Positions 19,650 to 29,245 of a DNA stretch of 64,000 nucleotides are shown one piece after another; position 1 is the first letter of the stretch; each line of letters begins with the position of its first letter. The DNA comes from an uncultured Gammaproteobacteria bacterium (GTDB lineage Bacteria; Patescibacteriota; Microgenomatia; UBA8517), in NCBI GenBank assembly GCA_964583685.1, contig CAZOVJ010000002.1, positions 213,862 through 277,861 of the forward strand, given 5' to 3'. The translations under genes were made by a program, and so were the position numbers. The notes below the pieces were generated by a model, which was given only the letters and a program-made list of their open reading frames with translations, did not search any database and had not been told where the DNA came from.

Positions 19650-21245
19650 TTATTGTTTTTTAAGCCCCAGCAGCCTCCTGGCTGTGCGGGCGATAGCAAT
19701 CTTCCGGCCCACATCTTGTCCAGCGCCTCTCTCGCCTTCTTCTAAGGCCTGAATTCCCATTTCTGCACCGTATAAACCTCCCCATTTACCCACCTGGCGG
19801 GATGGGCCAAAAGTTTCTCCTATTGCCGCACCGAAGGGGAAGGGTTTGCCTTCAATAAGCGAGCGAATCAAATTTCCGGCAGAAGGAACAAGGAAAAGAA
19901 TGACCAGAGAGACAAGAAAACCCACAAGAGCGGGGCTTCCCCAAAATCCCGGAAGTGAAATAAGGTCCGAAGAAATTGTGTTGTTGCTAAGATCAAAGAG
20001 ATCAAGGCCGCTGCTGCTAAATGGCCCAAGCTTAAGAGGAACTGTTGCCCAAAAGAAGTAGTGAGATAGAAAGAGCATAATAATAATCGTTGGATAGACA
20101 GCAGCATTGGCAAGCAGGTTTTTTAGCCAAGAACCAATTCCTCCAAAGCCAGGAAAGGCACCAAGAAGTAGGATTAAAGGGCCGGCAATTATTAAGAGGA
20201 GAAGGTTGATAAAGGTTTTAACTTGGAGCCAGACGATACGAATTACAGCGACAAGCAGAGCAATGAAGATTAATAGGAGCATTACTAAACCCATGATAGC
20301 CCCGACGACCGCGCCAGCCCCCATCGCATACCCCGCTCCTATGATTGCAGCCCCCCCGACAAGAGGCACAGTAGCGGCAATCAACAATGAGAGGCAAATC
20401 GCAAGGAGAGAGGGGCCTCCTATCATTTCTTGAATTAGCCTTCCCAAATCGAGATAGCTGATATCTGTGCCAACAGATTTCACACATACTCCTACTGCCG
20501 CGACGACAACATAAGAGAGGTCTATTACAAGACCGGCAATAGCATAGGAGAAAGCAATTAAAATCAAGACAAGTATTAATCGGGGGAGGGCAGATTGAAT
20601 GGTGATTACTGTTTGGGGCGAGATTTTGACCCGGAACATAATCATAAAGGCAATAGCCACAAAAACAAGAACCATTAAGAAGTAGGCTATATTACTGGTT
20701 GCCTTCCAAAGGGACTGAATGGGTTGGAGGTTTCTAAAACCGTAGCCTTGGGCACGGGCCTCAGGGATGATGTGGAGACGCGAGGCTGCGTCAGCCAGAT
20801 ACTGGACACCCGAGGCAGGATGATTTGTTGAAAAGGAATCACCGACAGCGGCCAAGGTGAGTATTGGCCCTAATGAAGGGAGAGATGATTGATCAGGAGA
20901 CTCTGTGTTTTCTTGCTGATTTCCTATTAAACTTGGAACGATTACATTTAAACAGTCTCTTACCATCTCAAGATTACCGCTTTTACCTTCGGCCAAACAC
21001 CTGCTTACTTCCTCGTCGTTGGCAATTATTGTTAATGAATGTCCTATCCAGGCAACCTGGGCATAGGTATAGCGCTCGCCGAAGATTTCAGTTGGGTTAT
21101 CCGGATCAAAGACCCTGAGAACAAAATCGGCAAAATCTGGATTATACCAGGGCCTTGGCTCCTCCTGAGCCCTGGCAACGGACACGGTAAAAGAAATCAA
21201 GAGAAAGCAGGCAAGGAGAATCGAGACAAGCAGTTTTTTGGGCAT
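19650..21245 (-). CDS. VirB6/TrbL-like polytopic T4SS membrane protein
   Basis: Signal peptide MPKKLL...ARA; WKATSNIAY...LPRLILVLILIAFSYAIAGLVID; multiple TMs. Confidence 0.75.
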   Translation of the reverse strand: MPKKLLVSILLACFLLISFTVSVARAQEEPRPWYNPDFADFVLRVFDPDNPTEIFGERYTYAQVAWIGHSLTIIANDEEVSRCLAEGKSGNLEMVRDCLNVIVPSLIGNQQENTESPDQSSLPSLGPILTLAAVGDSFSTNHPASGVQYLADAASRLHIIPEARAQGYGFRNLQPIQSLWKATSNIAYFLMVLVFVAIAFMIMFRVKISPQTVITIQSALPRLILVLILIAFSYAIAGLVIDLSYVVVAAVGVCVKSVGTDISYLDLGRLIQEMIGGPSLLAICLSLLIAATVPLVGGAAIIGAGYAMGAGAVVGAIMGLVMLLLIFIALLVAVIRIVWLQVKTFINLLLLIIAGPLILLLGAFPGFGGIGSWLKNLLANAAVYPTIIIMLFLSHYFFWATVPLKLGPFSSSGLDLFDLSNNTISSDLISLPGFWGSPALVGFLVSLVILFLVPSAGNLIRSLIEGKPFPFGAAIGETFGPSRQVGKWGGLYGAEMGIQALEEGERGAGQDVGRKIAIARTARRLLGLKKQ

Positions 21246-21267
21246 AGCAAAATTATAATAACATATC

Positions 21268-23889
21268 TTATCGCCCAGGGGGGAGATGACCTTCGTCAAT
21301 CCACATTGCAACTCCGTGACAATAGGTTATCCCGGCCCCCCAGCGGATCACTCCGATATCGACGTAGCCCCCACGTTCCCTGGTTTCCTCATCGCTGCAG
21401 CCAATAGTTCCACCATAGTTGCCAACATAAACCATGTCTCCCCCAAGAGTCACCTTTCCATTACTGTCATACTCGAGCTGGATGCCCCGGCCGCCATATG
21501 TAGGGTCAGAGGGATTAAATCTACCGTATTTTTTCCAAAGTAAGATGCGCGCAGCCAGTTCCAGAGCATCAGAGGCTTCGCAAGGGTTTAAGAAATTGGG
21601 ACTGTTGGGGTTCTGTTCGTCTGTTGTCGTCACGCCATAGTAGGCACCGCGACCGATTTGTACAGGACCGCAGTAAGAAGAGCGTAGTTCGTAGGTATCC
21701 CATTCCCCACAGAGCTCACCCTTTTTCGAGGGTTTACATGGGCCTGATTGGCTACCATTGCTTTCGATTTGCCAGATAGCCTCAAGGACTTCTGCTGGCA
21801 CATCGTATCTGACGGCAATACCGGCCAGGTCCTGAGAAATCGGATGAGGAAAGCCAGAGATTGTTTCGCCAAAGTCTTGAGGCCGTAAAGCCTTTTGGAT
21901 TCCCTTTAAAAAATATTCATAGATTCCACCAAGATGGGGGATAAAAATATTAGCCCTTTCACCAGACCTGTTATTGGATGGATTTCCGGCCAGAACTTCG
22001 ACACCATCAGTAGTTGATGAATAACGGGCAGTAGTTACTCCAGGCAAATCCATAAGCTCAACTTGCTCCAGAAGACCTTTGGGATAAAGTCGTTTATAAA
22101 TAGATTGTTCCCCGGCCACCAGCTTGTCCCAGACCTCGTCAGCCTTGGGCGTTCTGGTATAAACAGAAAGAGCAACATAAACATCTTTTTCGCAAATGTC
22201 TACAGTGGACTGACGCCGGCATTGATCAATTTCCTCTTGGGAAGGAGGGGTACCCCCGGGAAGTCGTCCTTGAAGTTGGTGAATACAATTTCGATACCTA
22301 CTTTCATCAAGTTCTGCCTCATCAGCCCCACCGAAATCACAAGTAAATTTGGCGGTATAACGGATAGTTCCGGACATTTGTTCATCTGTGTCTTCGTTTG
22401 CAGAGATCGCTTGTTCATGGTATTCACCAAAAAGGTCGTCGCCTGAATTCCAGCGGGCATTTTCTAAATCGCAATAATCGGTGTCATAAAACTTGACCTT
22501 TTCCGTCAGTACTCCCAGGGTTTCTCCTCCAATAGCGGCACTATCTTGGTCACTTCTGACCTTGGGTATCTTGGGTTTTTTGCCTGGAACATAGGTTTTT
22601 TGCAGCAGATTGGCTAAATCGGAAACCTCTTCCATGTGGCTAAAGTAAAGATTGTGGAAATCGCTATCTGGATAATCCTCGTAGTCTGGGGAATCAGGTT
22701 CAAAAGTTACATCCGTAACCTCGACATCGTTCTCAAGATTAATTTCCGGCTGGCTGGTGGCTGAAAGGTCAGCAATAACCTGTCCCTTTCTATTCTCGGT
22801 GGAGGAATAGGGGATATAGGGAAAGAGGTAGGAGAAAAGGCGTCGGTCACTAAGAGGATCGTCGATGCAGAAGTAGATTGGTAACCCAAAGACTCCAAGA
22901 TGGGGAGTACAAACTTTTCCTCTCCATCTTAGATAATCCCGCCAGTAATCGATAAAATTTGAATAATCTTCTTCACGAGGAGGGAGATAGTTAATCCATT
23001 CGCTAAGGCGATATTTGTTTTCAGAGAAAAAGAGGTTTGCAAATAGAGTCTGTAATGCTGGAGCTAGATTTTCACCAACCAAATTTTTGGTTGCCGGTTC
23101 ATAGCAAGGAACCTGGACTTCAGGATTAAGCGGAAAAAGAGCGCCGGGCTCTGCGGTGCAGACGACTATTTGATTATGTCTAAAAGAAGTAACCTCGAAT
23201 TCCTGGGTTAGACGGGCATTGGCTATCTGCTGAAATCGTGCATCGGCTTGAACGCGCCAGGGAAGGAGTTTGTTTAAGGGGCCTGAATAATCGATGAGAA
23301 GATAGCTTATTTGCTCAGGGGTATAGGGACTATAAGAGCTGACAGGCCAATTGCCAAGGGACAATTCTTCTGGCCGGTAAAGGGACCCGTTCAAATACCA
23401 ACTGACATATTCGTTCATCCTGGTGGATGGACCAAGCATATTTCCACCTAGATCACCCATCCCTTCTTGACTGTTTGGCACGAGCTGGGTGTTGCCCATG
23501 ATGGGCAGTTCGGCGTCGGATAAGCCTATGGAGACATAGGCTGTTTCCTGGGATTCGTAATAGCAGGTTCGCGAGCCATCAGGACCTATTTTGCAGCTCC
23601 CGGTAGCTGGGGTAACGGTGAAGGTTTTTTTGATAATCAGGTCATTGCCGCAATAAAGCTTGGTTTCTTTAACTTCCCTATCACAGGGGCTGGCTTGGTA
23701 GGGCCGGAGAGAATGAAACTCGTCATCATCAGTTATTTCGTTTGTTTCATTACAGGGAACATAAGGCTCAGGAACCTGGGCAAAGGTAGAAGCAGGGAAT
23801 ACCAAATGCGAAGTACCAAATGCGAAGTACCAAATGAAGATAGTTATCGTATCTCGTATCTCGTATCTCGTGGTTTTGGGCAGACTCAT
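21268..23889 (-). CDS. Large secreted Cys-containing protein with C-terminal lytic transglycosylase/lysozyme-like domain
   Basis: Signal peptide ending TFA-Q; IAVRYDVPAEVLEAIWQIESNG...GPVQI resembles SLT motifs. Confidence 0.6.
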   Translation of the reverse strand: MSLPKTTRYEIRDTITIFIWYFAFGTSHLVFPASTFAQVPEPYVPCNETNEITDDDEFHSLRPYQASPCDREVKETKLYCGNDLIIKKTFTVTPATGSCKIGPDGSRTCYYESQETAYVSIGLSDAELPIMGNTQLVPNSQEGMGDLGGNMLGPSTRMNEYVSWYLNGSLYRPEELSLGNWPVSSYSPYTPEQISYLLIDYSGPLNKLLPWRVQADARFQQIANARLTQEFEVTSFRHNQIVVCTAEPGALFPLNPEVQVPCYEPATKNLVGENLAPALQTLFANLFFSENKYRLSEWINYLPPREEDYSNFIDYWRDYLRWRGKVCTPHLGVFGLPIYFCIDDPLSDRRLFSYLFPYIPYSSTENRKGQVIADLSATSQPEINLENDVEVTDVTFEPDSPDYEDYPDSDFHNLYFSHMEEVSDLANLLQKTYVPGKKPKIPKVRSDQDSAAIGGETLGVLTEKVKFYDTDYCDLENARWNSGDDLFGEYHEQAISANEDTDEQMSGTIRYTAKFTCDFGGADEAELDESRYRNCIHQLQGRLPGGTPPSQEEIDQCRRQSTVDICEKDVYVALSVYTRTPKADEVWDKLVAGEQSIYKRLYPKGLLEQVELMDLPGVTTARYSSTTDGVEVLAGNPSNNRSGERANIFIPHLGGIYEYFLKGIQKALRPQDFGETISGFPHPISQDLAGIAVRYDVPAEVLEAIWQIESNGSQSGPCKPSKKGELCGEWDTYELRSSYCGPVQIGRGAYYGVTTTDEQNPNSPNFLNPCEASDALELAARILLWKKYGRFNPSDPTYGGRGIQLEYDSNGKVTLGGDMVYVGNYGGTIGCSDEETRERGGYVDIGVIRWGAGITYCHGVAMWIDEGHLPPGR

Positions 23890-23896
23890 TTTGGCC

Positions 23897-24220
23897 CTAT
23901 TGGTAAATTTTGAATCTAAGAATTCCTGTCACTCCGGTGAAGTCAGCAATGAAGCGGAGGACGAGATAAGAAAGGGCAATAAAGACCAGGCCGGCGATGG
24001 CATAGGTCAGGGTCTTTTTTGCTCCTTCTAAGGCTTTTGGTTCTCCAGCGGCAGTGATGAACTTGAATCCTCCGAGAACAAGCATGATAAAAAAAACAAT
24101 CCCTACTATTCCCAAGATGGCTGAGATGACATTAGCAAACGAACCTTCAAGGCCCTCTAATGTAGCAATGCCACCTTGGGTTTTAATCACTGCTGCCTGA
24201 ATTGTCTTTGCCCTTAACAT
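23897..24220 (-). CDS. VirB2/TrbC-like CPR pilin 1
   Basis: GGFKFITAAGEPKALEGAKKTLTYAIAGL, 2 TMs. Confidence 0.85.
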   Translation of the reverse strand: MLRAKTIQAAVIKTQGGIATLEGLEGSFANVISAILGIVGIVFFIMLVLGGFKFITAAGEPKALEGAKKTLTYAIAGLVFIALSYLVLRFIADFTGVTGILRFKIYQ

Positions 24221-24318
24221 AATTGCACCCCAGCTATGTGTTGTGTTCTAAGTTTAGCCCAAGAAGAGAACTTCAAGCAAGTTGCTGGTTCTCAAAATTT
24301 TTATAATTCGAGTAGTTG

Positions 24319-24702
24319 TTATTGTATAGAAGGAATTGTAAGTCCCCCAAGAATATCAATGCCAAAGAAGGTTTCTATTAATTTAATAATTGCCCAGGCG
24401 GCAAAGACGATGACCAAGCCAACCAGGGCAGCGGTAATCTGGTTTCTGGCCGTTTCTGTTTGAGCCTTATCTCCACCAGAGACTATCCAGCGGATTCCTC
24501 CGACGACTAGGATGAAGAAGAAGACAACTGCGGCAACAACCATGGCAAACTTGATAGCACCTGATATGATTCCGGGGACGGTGATTTTTGACAAATCTAC
24601 AGCCAAACCCTCACCACTAGGCGAAAGGTCTATTGTTGTATTTGTATCGGATGTACCACTACCAGCTGCTGCGTGGATTATATTAGACAGAAAACTAAAC
24701 AT
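24319..24702 (-). CDS. VirB2/TrbC-like CPR pilin 2
   Basis: GGIRWIVSGGDKAQTETARNQITAALVGL. Confidence 0.85.
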   Translation of the reverse strand: MFSFLSNIIHAAAGSGTSDTNTTIDLSPSGEGLAVDLSKITVPGIISGAIKFAMVVAAVVFFFILVVGGIRWIVSGGDKAQTETARNQITAALVGLVIVFAAWAIIKLIETFFGIDILGGLTIPSIQ

Positions 24703-24716
24703 TTCCTTAGCTAATA

Positions 24717-25058
24717 TTATTGAATCTTCAATGGACCGATGTCAAGGGTTAAAATGTTGGTGCCAAAGAAGGATTCAACAAGCTTGATAATGGCAAAGCT
24801 GGAGAAGAGAATGACAATACCTACCAGGGCATTAACTACTTTCCCGCGGGCTTGTTCAACCGCTGCTTTATCACCGCCAGAGGTTATCCACTGAATGGCG
24901 CCGATAACCAGGATAAAAAAGAAAATGATAACGCCAATGACAAAGATTAAACCAACTAGATTAGGAAGTAACCTTTGAAGAAATCCGATTCCTCCCTCTG
25001 TCTGTAAAATTTCTTGGAGATTGTCAGAGAGAGCGGGGTTTGTAATCGGGTTTTCCAT
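24717..25058 (-). CDS. VirB2/TrbC-like CPR pilin 3
   Basis: GAIQWITSGGDKAAVEQARGKVVNALVGI. Confidence 0.85.
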   Translation of the reverse strand: MENPITNPALSDNLQEILQTEGGIGFLQRLLPNLVGLIFVIGVIIFFFILVIGAIQWITSGGDKAAVEQARGKVVNALVGIVILFSSFAIIKLVESFFGTNILTLDIGPLKIQ

Positions 25059-25059
25059 T

Positions 25060-25455
25060 TTAGCCTCCCATCCTACCGATTGTGTTAATGATTTCTGCTG
25101 GGTTAAGAATCAAATCAAAGCCAAGGATTTTACCAATCAGCTCGATGAGGAAAATGGCGGCAATAACAATGACCAGCCCGACCAACCCGTTGGTAATACT
25201 TTTTTTGGCTGATTCCATGGCTGCCTTGTCTCCACCAGCAGCCATGATACCGATAGCACCGATGAAGAGGATAATGATAAACCAGATGGCGGCAATCATG
25301 GTCATGATGCCGATAGTGCCGGATAGGACTTTGTTTAAAAGCCCAGGAGCTGCACTTGCCTCCTTTCCTTCAAGGCCAAGGGGGCCTATTCCCCTAAGCA
25401 TGTCGTCTGGATAAAGCTTAATCTCTGCTAACAATTGTCCTGATAAACTATTCAT
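25060..25455 (-). CDS. VirB2/TrbC-like CPR pilin 4
   Basis: GAIGIMAAGGDKAAMESAKKSITNGLVGL. Confidence 0.85.
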   Translation of the reverse strand: MNSLSGQLLAEIKLYPDDMLRGIGPLGLEGKEASAAPGLLNKVLSGTIGIMTMIAAIWFIIILFIGAIGIMAAGGDKAAMESAKKSITNGLVGLVIVIAAIFLIELIGKILGFDLILNPAEIINTIGRMGG

Positions 25456-25805
25456 GGTGTAGGTATCGCTGGTTTAAGAAAAGCGGTTGGGTCTCCAAGT
25501 AAAAGCTGGCCAAAGATGGCGGCCAAACTAAAAGAACCGAGAACAACAGCCAGGCCCAAAAGAGTTTGCCAAATCTTGGCCCAGGCACCAGCTATTTTTT
25601 GGGTATCATCACCAGCATTTAAAAAAGCATAGCCGGCCAGAATTAGGTTGATAATCCCGTAAATTCCGGCAACGACAATCAGAAAGTTGAAGATTAGATT
25701 GATAAATTTACCAATCGCTCCACTCTCAACATCGCCGTATTTTGAGGTCATAGTGTCAGGCAGTTTTATTGTGCCAAAGGGACTCTGGCTTAATAGTTTT
25801 CTCAT
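25452..25805 (-). CDS. VirB2/TrbC-like CPR pilin 5
   Basis: AGYAFLNAGDDTQKIAGAWAKIWQTLLGL. Confidence 0.85.
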   Translation of the reverse strand: MRKLLSQSPFGTIKLPDTMTSKYGDVESGAIGKFINLIFNFLIVVAGIYGIINLILAGYAFLNAGDDTQKIAGAWAKIWQTLLGLAVVLGSFSLAAIFGQLLLGDPTAFLKPAIPTP

Positions 25806-26116
25806 CCGAGTATAGTTGCTCCGGTGAGCAATTCAATTAATCTTACTATCCAATAGGCAGCAAAAACAACAATGAATCCGATAACCGCCCCGGTTATTGC
25901 CTGTTTGCCCTTAGCTGCTTGTTCAGGATTGTTTGTTCCCGCACTCATCATCAAGGAGAAGCCGCCAAAAATTAAAAGAAGAATGAGCAGGATTCCGGCA
26001 ATGGCAATGGCCGCTTTCAGCACCACTGAGACTAAACTGCCAACCCCGGTCAGTTGACTAAGAAAATGACCGCTCGTTCCAAAAAACTGTTGGCCAATGT
26101 CAAAACCCTGCTTCAT
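25802..26116 (-). CDS. VirB2/TrbC-like CPR pilin 6
   Basis: GGFSLMMSAGTNNPEQAAKGKQAITGAVIGF. Confidence 0.85.
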   Translation of the reverse strand: MKQGFDIGQQFFGTSGHFLSQLTGVGSLVSVVLKAAIAIAGILLILLLIFGGFSLMMSAGTNNPEQAAKGKQAITGAVIGFIVVFAAYWIVRLIELLTGATILG

Positions 26117-26120
26117 TTTT

Positions 26121-26435
26121 TTACTGAAAAATACTTTTTATTCCTTCTAATCCAAGAATCAAGCTAGCGGCCTGGGTTATCCAGTAAGCAAGAAAGATGA
26201 TAACAAAGCCAAGAATAGCATAGGTTATCTTGTTTTTTGCCTCCTGCATCCCCTTGGGATCGCCAAGTGAAGTTATCAGTTGAAATCCTCCAAATAAGAG
26301 ATAAAGGAGAACCAAAATTCCGGCTCCGGCAAAAATATATGTAAGCAGGCTACTGATGATGTCGCCGATAGTTCCTCCACCGAACTTAAAACCAGGGATA
26401 TATTGCTGTAGCTTGCCAAAATTGATTCCTTCCAT
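26121..26435 (-). CDS. VirB2/TrbC-like CPR pilin 7
   Basis: GGFQLITSLGDPKGMQEAKNKITYAILGF. Confidence 0.85.
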   Translation of the reverse strand: MEGINFGKLQQYIPGFKFGGGTIGDIISSLLTYIFAGAGILVLLYLLFGGFQLITSLGDPKGMQEAKNKITYAILGFVIIFLAYWITQAASLILGLEGIKSIFQ

Positions 26436-26443
26436 AAGATGAT

Positions 26444-27319
26444 TTAACCTCCTCCGAATCCTGGTAGCCTTAATATATTAACCCCAATTAGTTTTAGAAT
26501 AAAGACTGAGAAAATTAAGAGAATTAGGCCGGCAATGGCCGAGGTCAGAAGCTCTTGGCCGGCCTTTAATCTTTCCGGATTGCCGCTGCAGGTCATGATT
26601 TGGAAGCCGGCAAAAAGTATTAGAAGAAAGGCAATACCGCCGCCAATGCCAATTGCCCAGCGGAGAAAAAAGCCAATAAATTCATTAGTGTCTCCAATGG
26701 GAATGCAACCAATGGCAGTGTTGATACCCGTATCACCATCACAAAATATGTCAGCCTCTTCAGCTACACAAGAGCACGAACCCTCACTGCTACACTCTGC
26801 TGTAGAACCAGAAAGACAATTGTCAGAGTCAACTCCCCAATACCCTCTTCCTGCTCCAGAAAGAGGTTGCAGGGGATCTGCTGGCAAGACATAATATTTA
26901 CAGGTGCAGCTATTATCTGGTTCTACGATGCTGGTCTCTGGCGGTGATCCGCTACAACTGCACATGGTGCAATTGGAATAGCAGGTTACTAGGCCTGGGA
27001 TATCACAGTTGTTCACAGTAATACTACATACCCCAGAAGATCCAATAGAACACTCACAAGTGTTGGGAGAAGCAGGGGTTTCGGCCAGGCAAATAAAAGA
27101 CCCGGCAGTATCGCATTCCTCTTGAGATAGCCCGTGACACTGGGAGCCAGTTCTAAAGCCTTCATTGCAATTGGAAATTAGTGGTACACACCTTCCTCCG
27201 TCCTCAAGAGGTAGCCAGTAACATTGGTAGGTACCGGGGCCTTCTTGAGCAAAGATTTCTTTTGGAGCAAAAACTTGTATCAATAAAAAAAGGGCAGAAG
27301 CTAAAAACAACCTTTTCAT
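26444..27319 (-). CDS. Pilin 8: signal peptide + Cys-rich extracellular region + C-terminal VirB2-like pilin
   Basis: Start MKRLFLASALF (ATG 27319); many Cys; TAIGCIP...AGFQIMTCSGNPERLKAGQELLTSAIAGL. Confidence 0.8.
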   Translation of the reverse strand: MKRLFLASALFLLIQVFAPKEIFAQEGPGTYQCYWLPLEDGGRCVPLISNCNEGFRTGSQCHGLSQEECDTAGSFICLAETPASPNTCECSIGSSGVCSITVNNCDIPGLVTCYSNCTMCSCSGSPPETSIVEPDNSCTCKYYVLPADPLQPLSGAGRGYWGVDSDNCLSGSTAECSSEGSCSCVAEEADIFCDGDTGINTAIGCIPIGDTNEFIGFFLRWAIGIGGGIAFLLILFAGFQIMTCSGNPERLKAGQELLTSAIAGLILLIFSVFILKLIGVNILRLPGFGGG

Positions 27320-27380
27320 AATTTTCAGTTTAGCACAAGGGAAAGAAGTGAGTATAGAGAACTTGCTATAATAAAAGACT

Positions 27381-29180
27381 GTGGGCATTCAAAATTCTCC
27401 CTCAGAGAGGGATCCCGCTTTGCGGGAAAAATTCAAAACTCTCCCGCGGAACGGGATAATATTTATTTTGGGGGTGGTTGTTTTGGCTTCCTTGCTATTC
27501 ACTATTCACTGTTCACCGTCCATCGTTCACTGTCCACTGTTTAGTCTTGCCCGAGCCACCAATTGTCCTGAAACAGACTATGATTGTCAAATCACCGAGA
27601 TTCAAAGGGAAAAAGATGCCTTGACTCCGGCCCATGAATACAACAAAAAAGAACTGGCCGATTTAAATAAACAGCTGGCAGGTTTGAAAAAAAGAATTCT
27701 TCTAATTTCCGATCAATTGGTAAAGGTAGGAGCAGATATTTTTCAGAGAGAAGAAGACCTGGCTTATGCCCAAGAGATTTTTGAAGAAAAAACCAACAAT
27801 CATTATAAATTTATCAGGACTTATGACCCGATTTTTCCCTTTCTTTCTTCAACCAATGCCTCGCAAGCCTTCCGGGAGATAATCTTCCGTCAAAAGGCGG
27901 CCGGTGAAGACCGCAAAACAATGGAGAAATATGCCCAGGACATTCTTCAATTAAGAGAGGACAAAAAAGGCTTAGAAAAAAATCAGGCCAGTTTAGCATC
28001 AGTCCAAGGTAAAGTAGATGAAAGGGCGACTTTTCTCTCGGGCGAAGTAGAAAAAGTTGAGGTATATTTAGCCAGCCTGACTGCAAAACAGCAACAATTC
28101 ATTGCCCGGAAATTGGGAAGCCTTAATTTGCCAACGACTTTGGGTGCCGGGCCCTTATATTGTGTTGACGACAGGAACTTAGAGCCGGGATTTAGGCCGG
28201 CCTTTGCCTTTTTCACCTATGGTATTCCCCACCGGGTGGGTATGAATCAATATGGAGCCTATGGCCGAGCAAAATCAGGCCAGTCTTATCAAGACATTCT
28301 TCGTACATACTTTGAAAGCATCTCTTTTGAAAAACGGCCCAACATAAATATAAAAGTTGCAGGACATGGGACAATGCCTTTAGAAACCTATCTTTTGGGA
28401 ATCTATGAAATGCCTGATAGCTGGCCCATCGAGGCCCTCAAGGCCCAAGCAGTGGCGGCTCGCTCTTATGCTTTGGCTTATACCAACAATGGAGCCAACG
28501 AGATTTGCACTACCCAGAAGTGCCAGGTTTACAAAGGAGGCAATAAAGGAGGTAATTGGGAGGCGGCCGTTCACCAAACAGAGGGAGAGGTGGCTCTTCA
28601 CGCTGGCCAGATAATTACCGCCTGGTATGCCTCGACCTCGGGTGGCTATACCTTTAGTTCCTCTGATGTGGGTTGGAGTTATCGACCCTGGACTAAAAGA
28701 TTGAGAGATACGAATGGCGATGTGGCTAGTTTTTCCGACCTTCAACAGAAAGCCTATGATAAGGAATCTCCCTGTTTTTATGCGGCCCAGGGTTGGCGCA
28801 AGGAGTACGGGAAATCGGCTTGGTTGAAGTCAGAGGAAGTCGCCGATATTGTCAATGTCCTATTGTTGACCCAAACAGACCCCTCGACCCGCGAGCATTT
28901 ATACCAAACAGATAAACCAAATCCAGCCGGGACCGATACCTGGAGCGCTGAACGGGTCAAACAGGAGTTGAACAATCGGGACATTGCTTCTTATAACAGT
29001 GTTTCAAATGTTTCCAGTTCCGGTGTTGATTGGGGGACTGGCAGAACAACAGGCATAACCGTTAGTGGCGATGCCGGTACAAAAACACTCGACGGTTCTC
29101 AATTCAAGGACTTTCTCAATCTCAGGGCTCCGGCCAATATCCAGATAGTTGGTCCGCTTTACGGAGTCGAAAAAAAGTAA
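27381..29180 (+). CDS. SpoIID/LytB-domain peptidoglycan hydrolase with N-terminal coiled coil
   Basis: HRVGMNQYGA, EMPDSWPIEALKAQAVAARSYA, CQVY. Confidence 0.85.
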   Translation: MGIQNSPSERDPALREKFKTLPRNGIIFILGVVVLASLLFTIHCSPSIVHCPLFSLARATNCPETDYDCQITEIQREKDALTPAHEYNKKELADLNKQLAGLKKRILLISDQLVKVGADIFQREEDLAYAQEIFEEKTNNHYKFIRTYDPIFPFLSSTNASQAFREIIFRQKAAGEDRKTMEKYAQDILQLREDKKGLEKNQASLASVQGKVDERATFLSGEVEKVEVYLASLTAKQQQFIARKLGSLNLPTTLGAGPLYCVDDRNLEPGFRPAFAFFTYGIPHRVGMNQYGAYGRAKSGQSYQDILRTYFESISFEKRPNINIKVAGHGTMPLETYLLGIYEMPDSWPIEALKAQAVAARSYALAYTNNGANEICTTQKCQVYKGGNKGGNWEAAVHQTEGEVALHAGQIITAWYASTSGGYTFSSSDVGWSYRPWTKRLRDTNGDVASFSDLQQKAYDKESPCFYAAQGWRKEYGKSAWLKSEEVADIVNVLLLTQTDPSTREHLYQTDKPNPAGTDTWSAERVKQELNNRDIASYNSVSNVSSSGVDWGTGRTTGITVSGDAGTKTLDGSQFKDFLNLRAPANIQIVGPLYGVEKK

Positions 29181-29245
29181 GCGCTTATAAGTAGAGAACT
29201 GGTCTCTAGGTTAATTTCGTGCTTGGGTGTTATAATAAGAGCACT

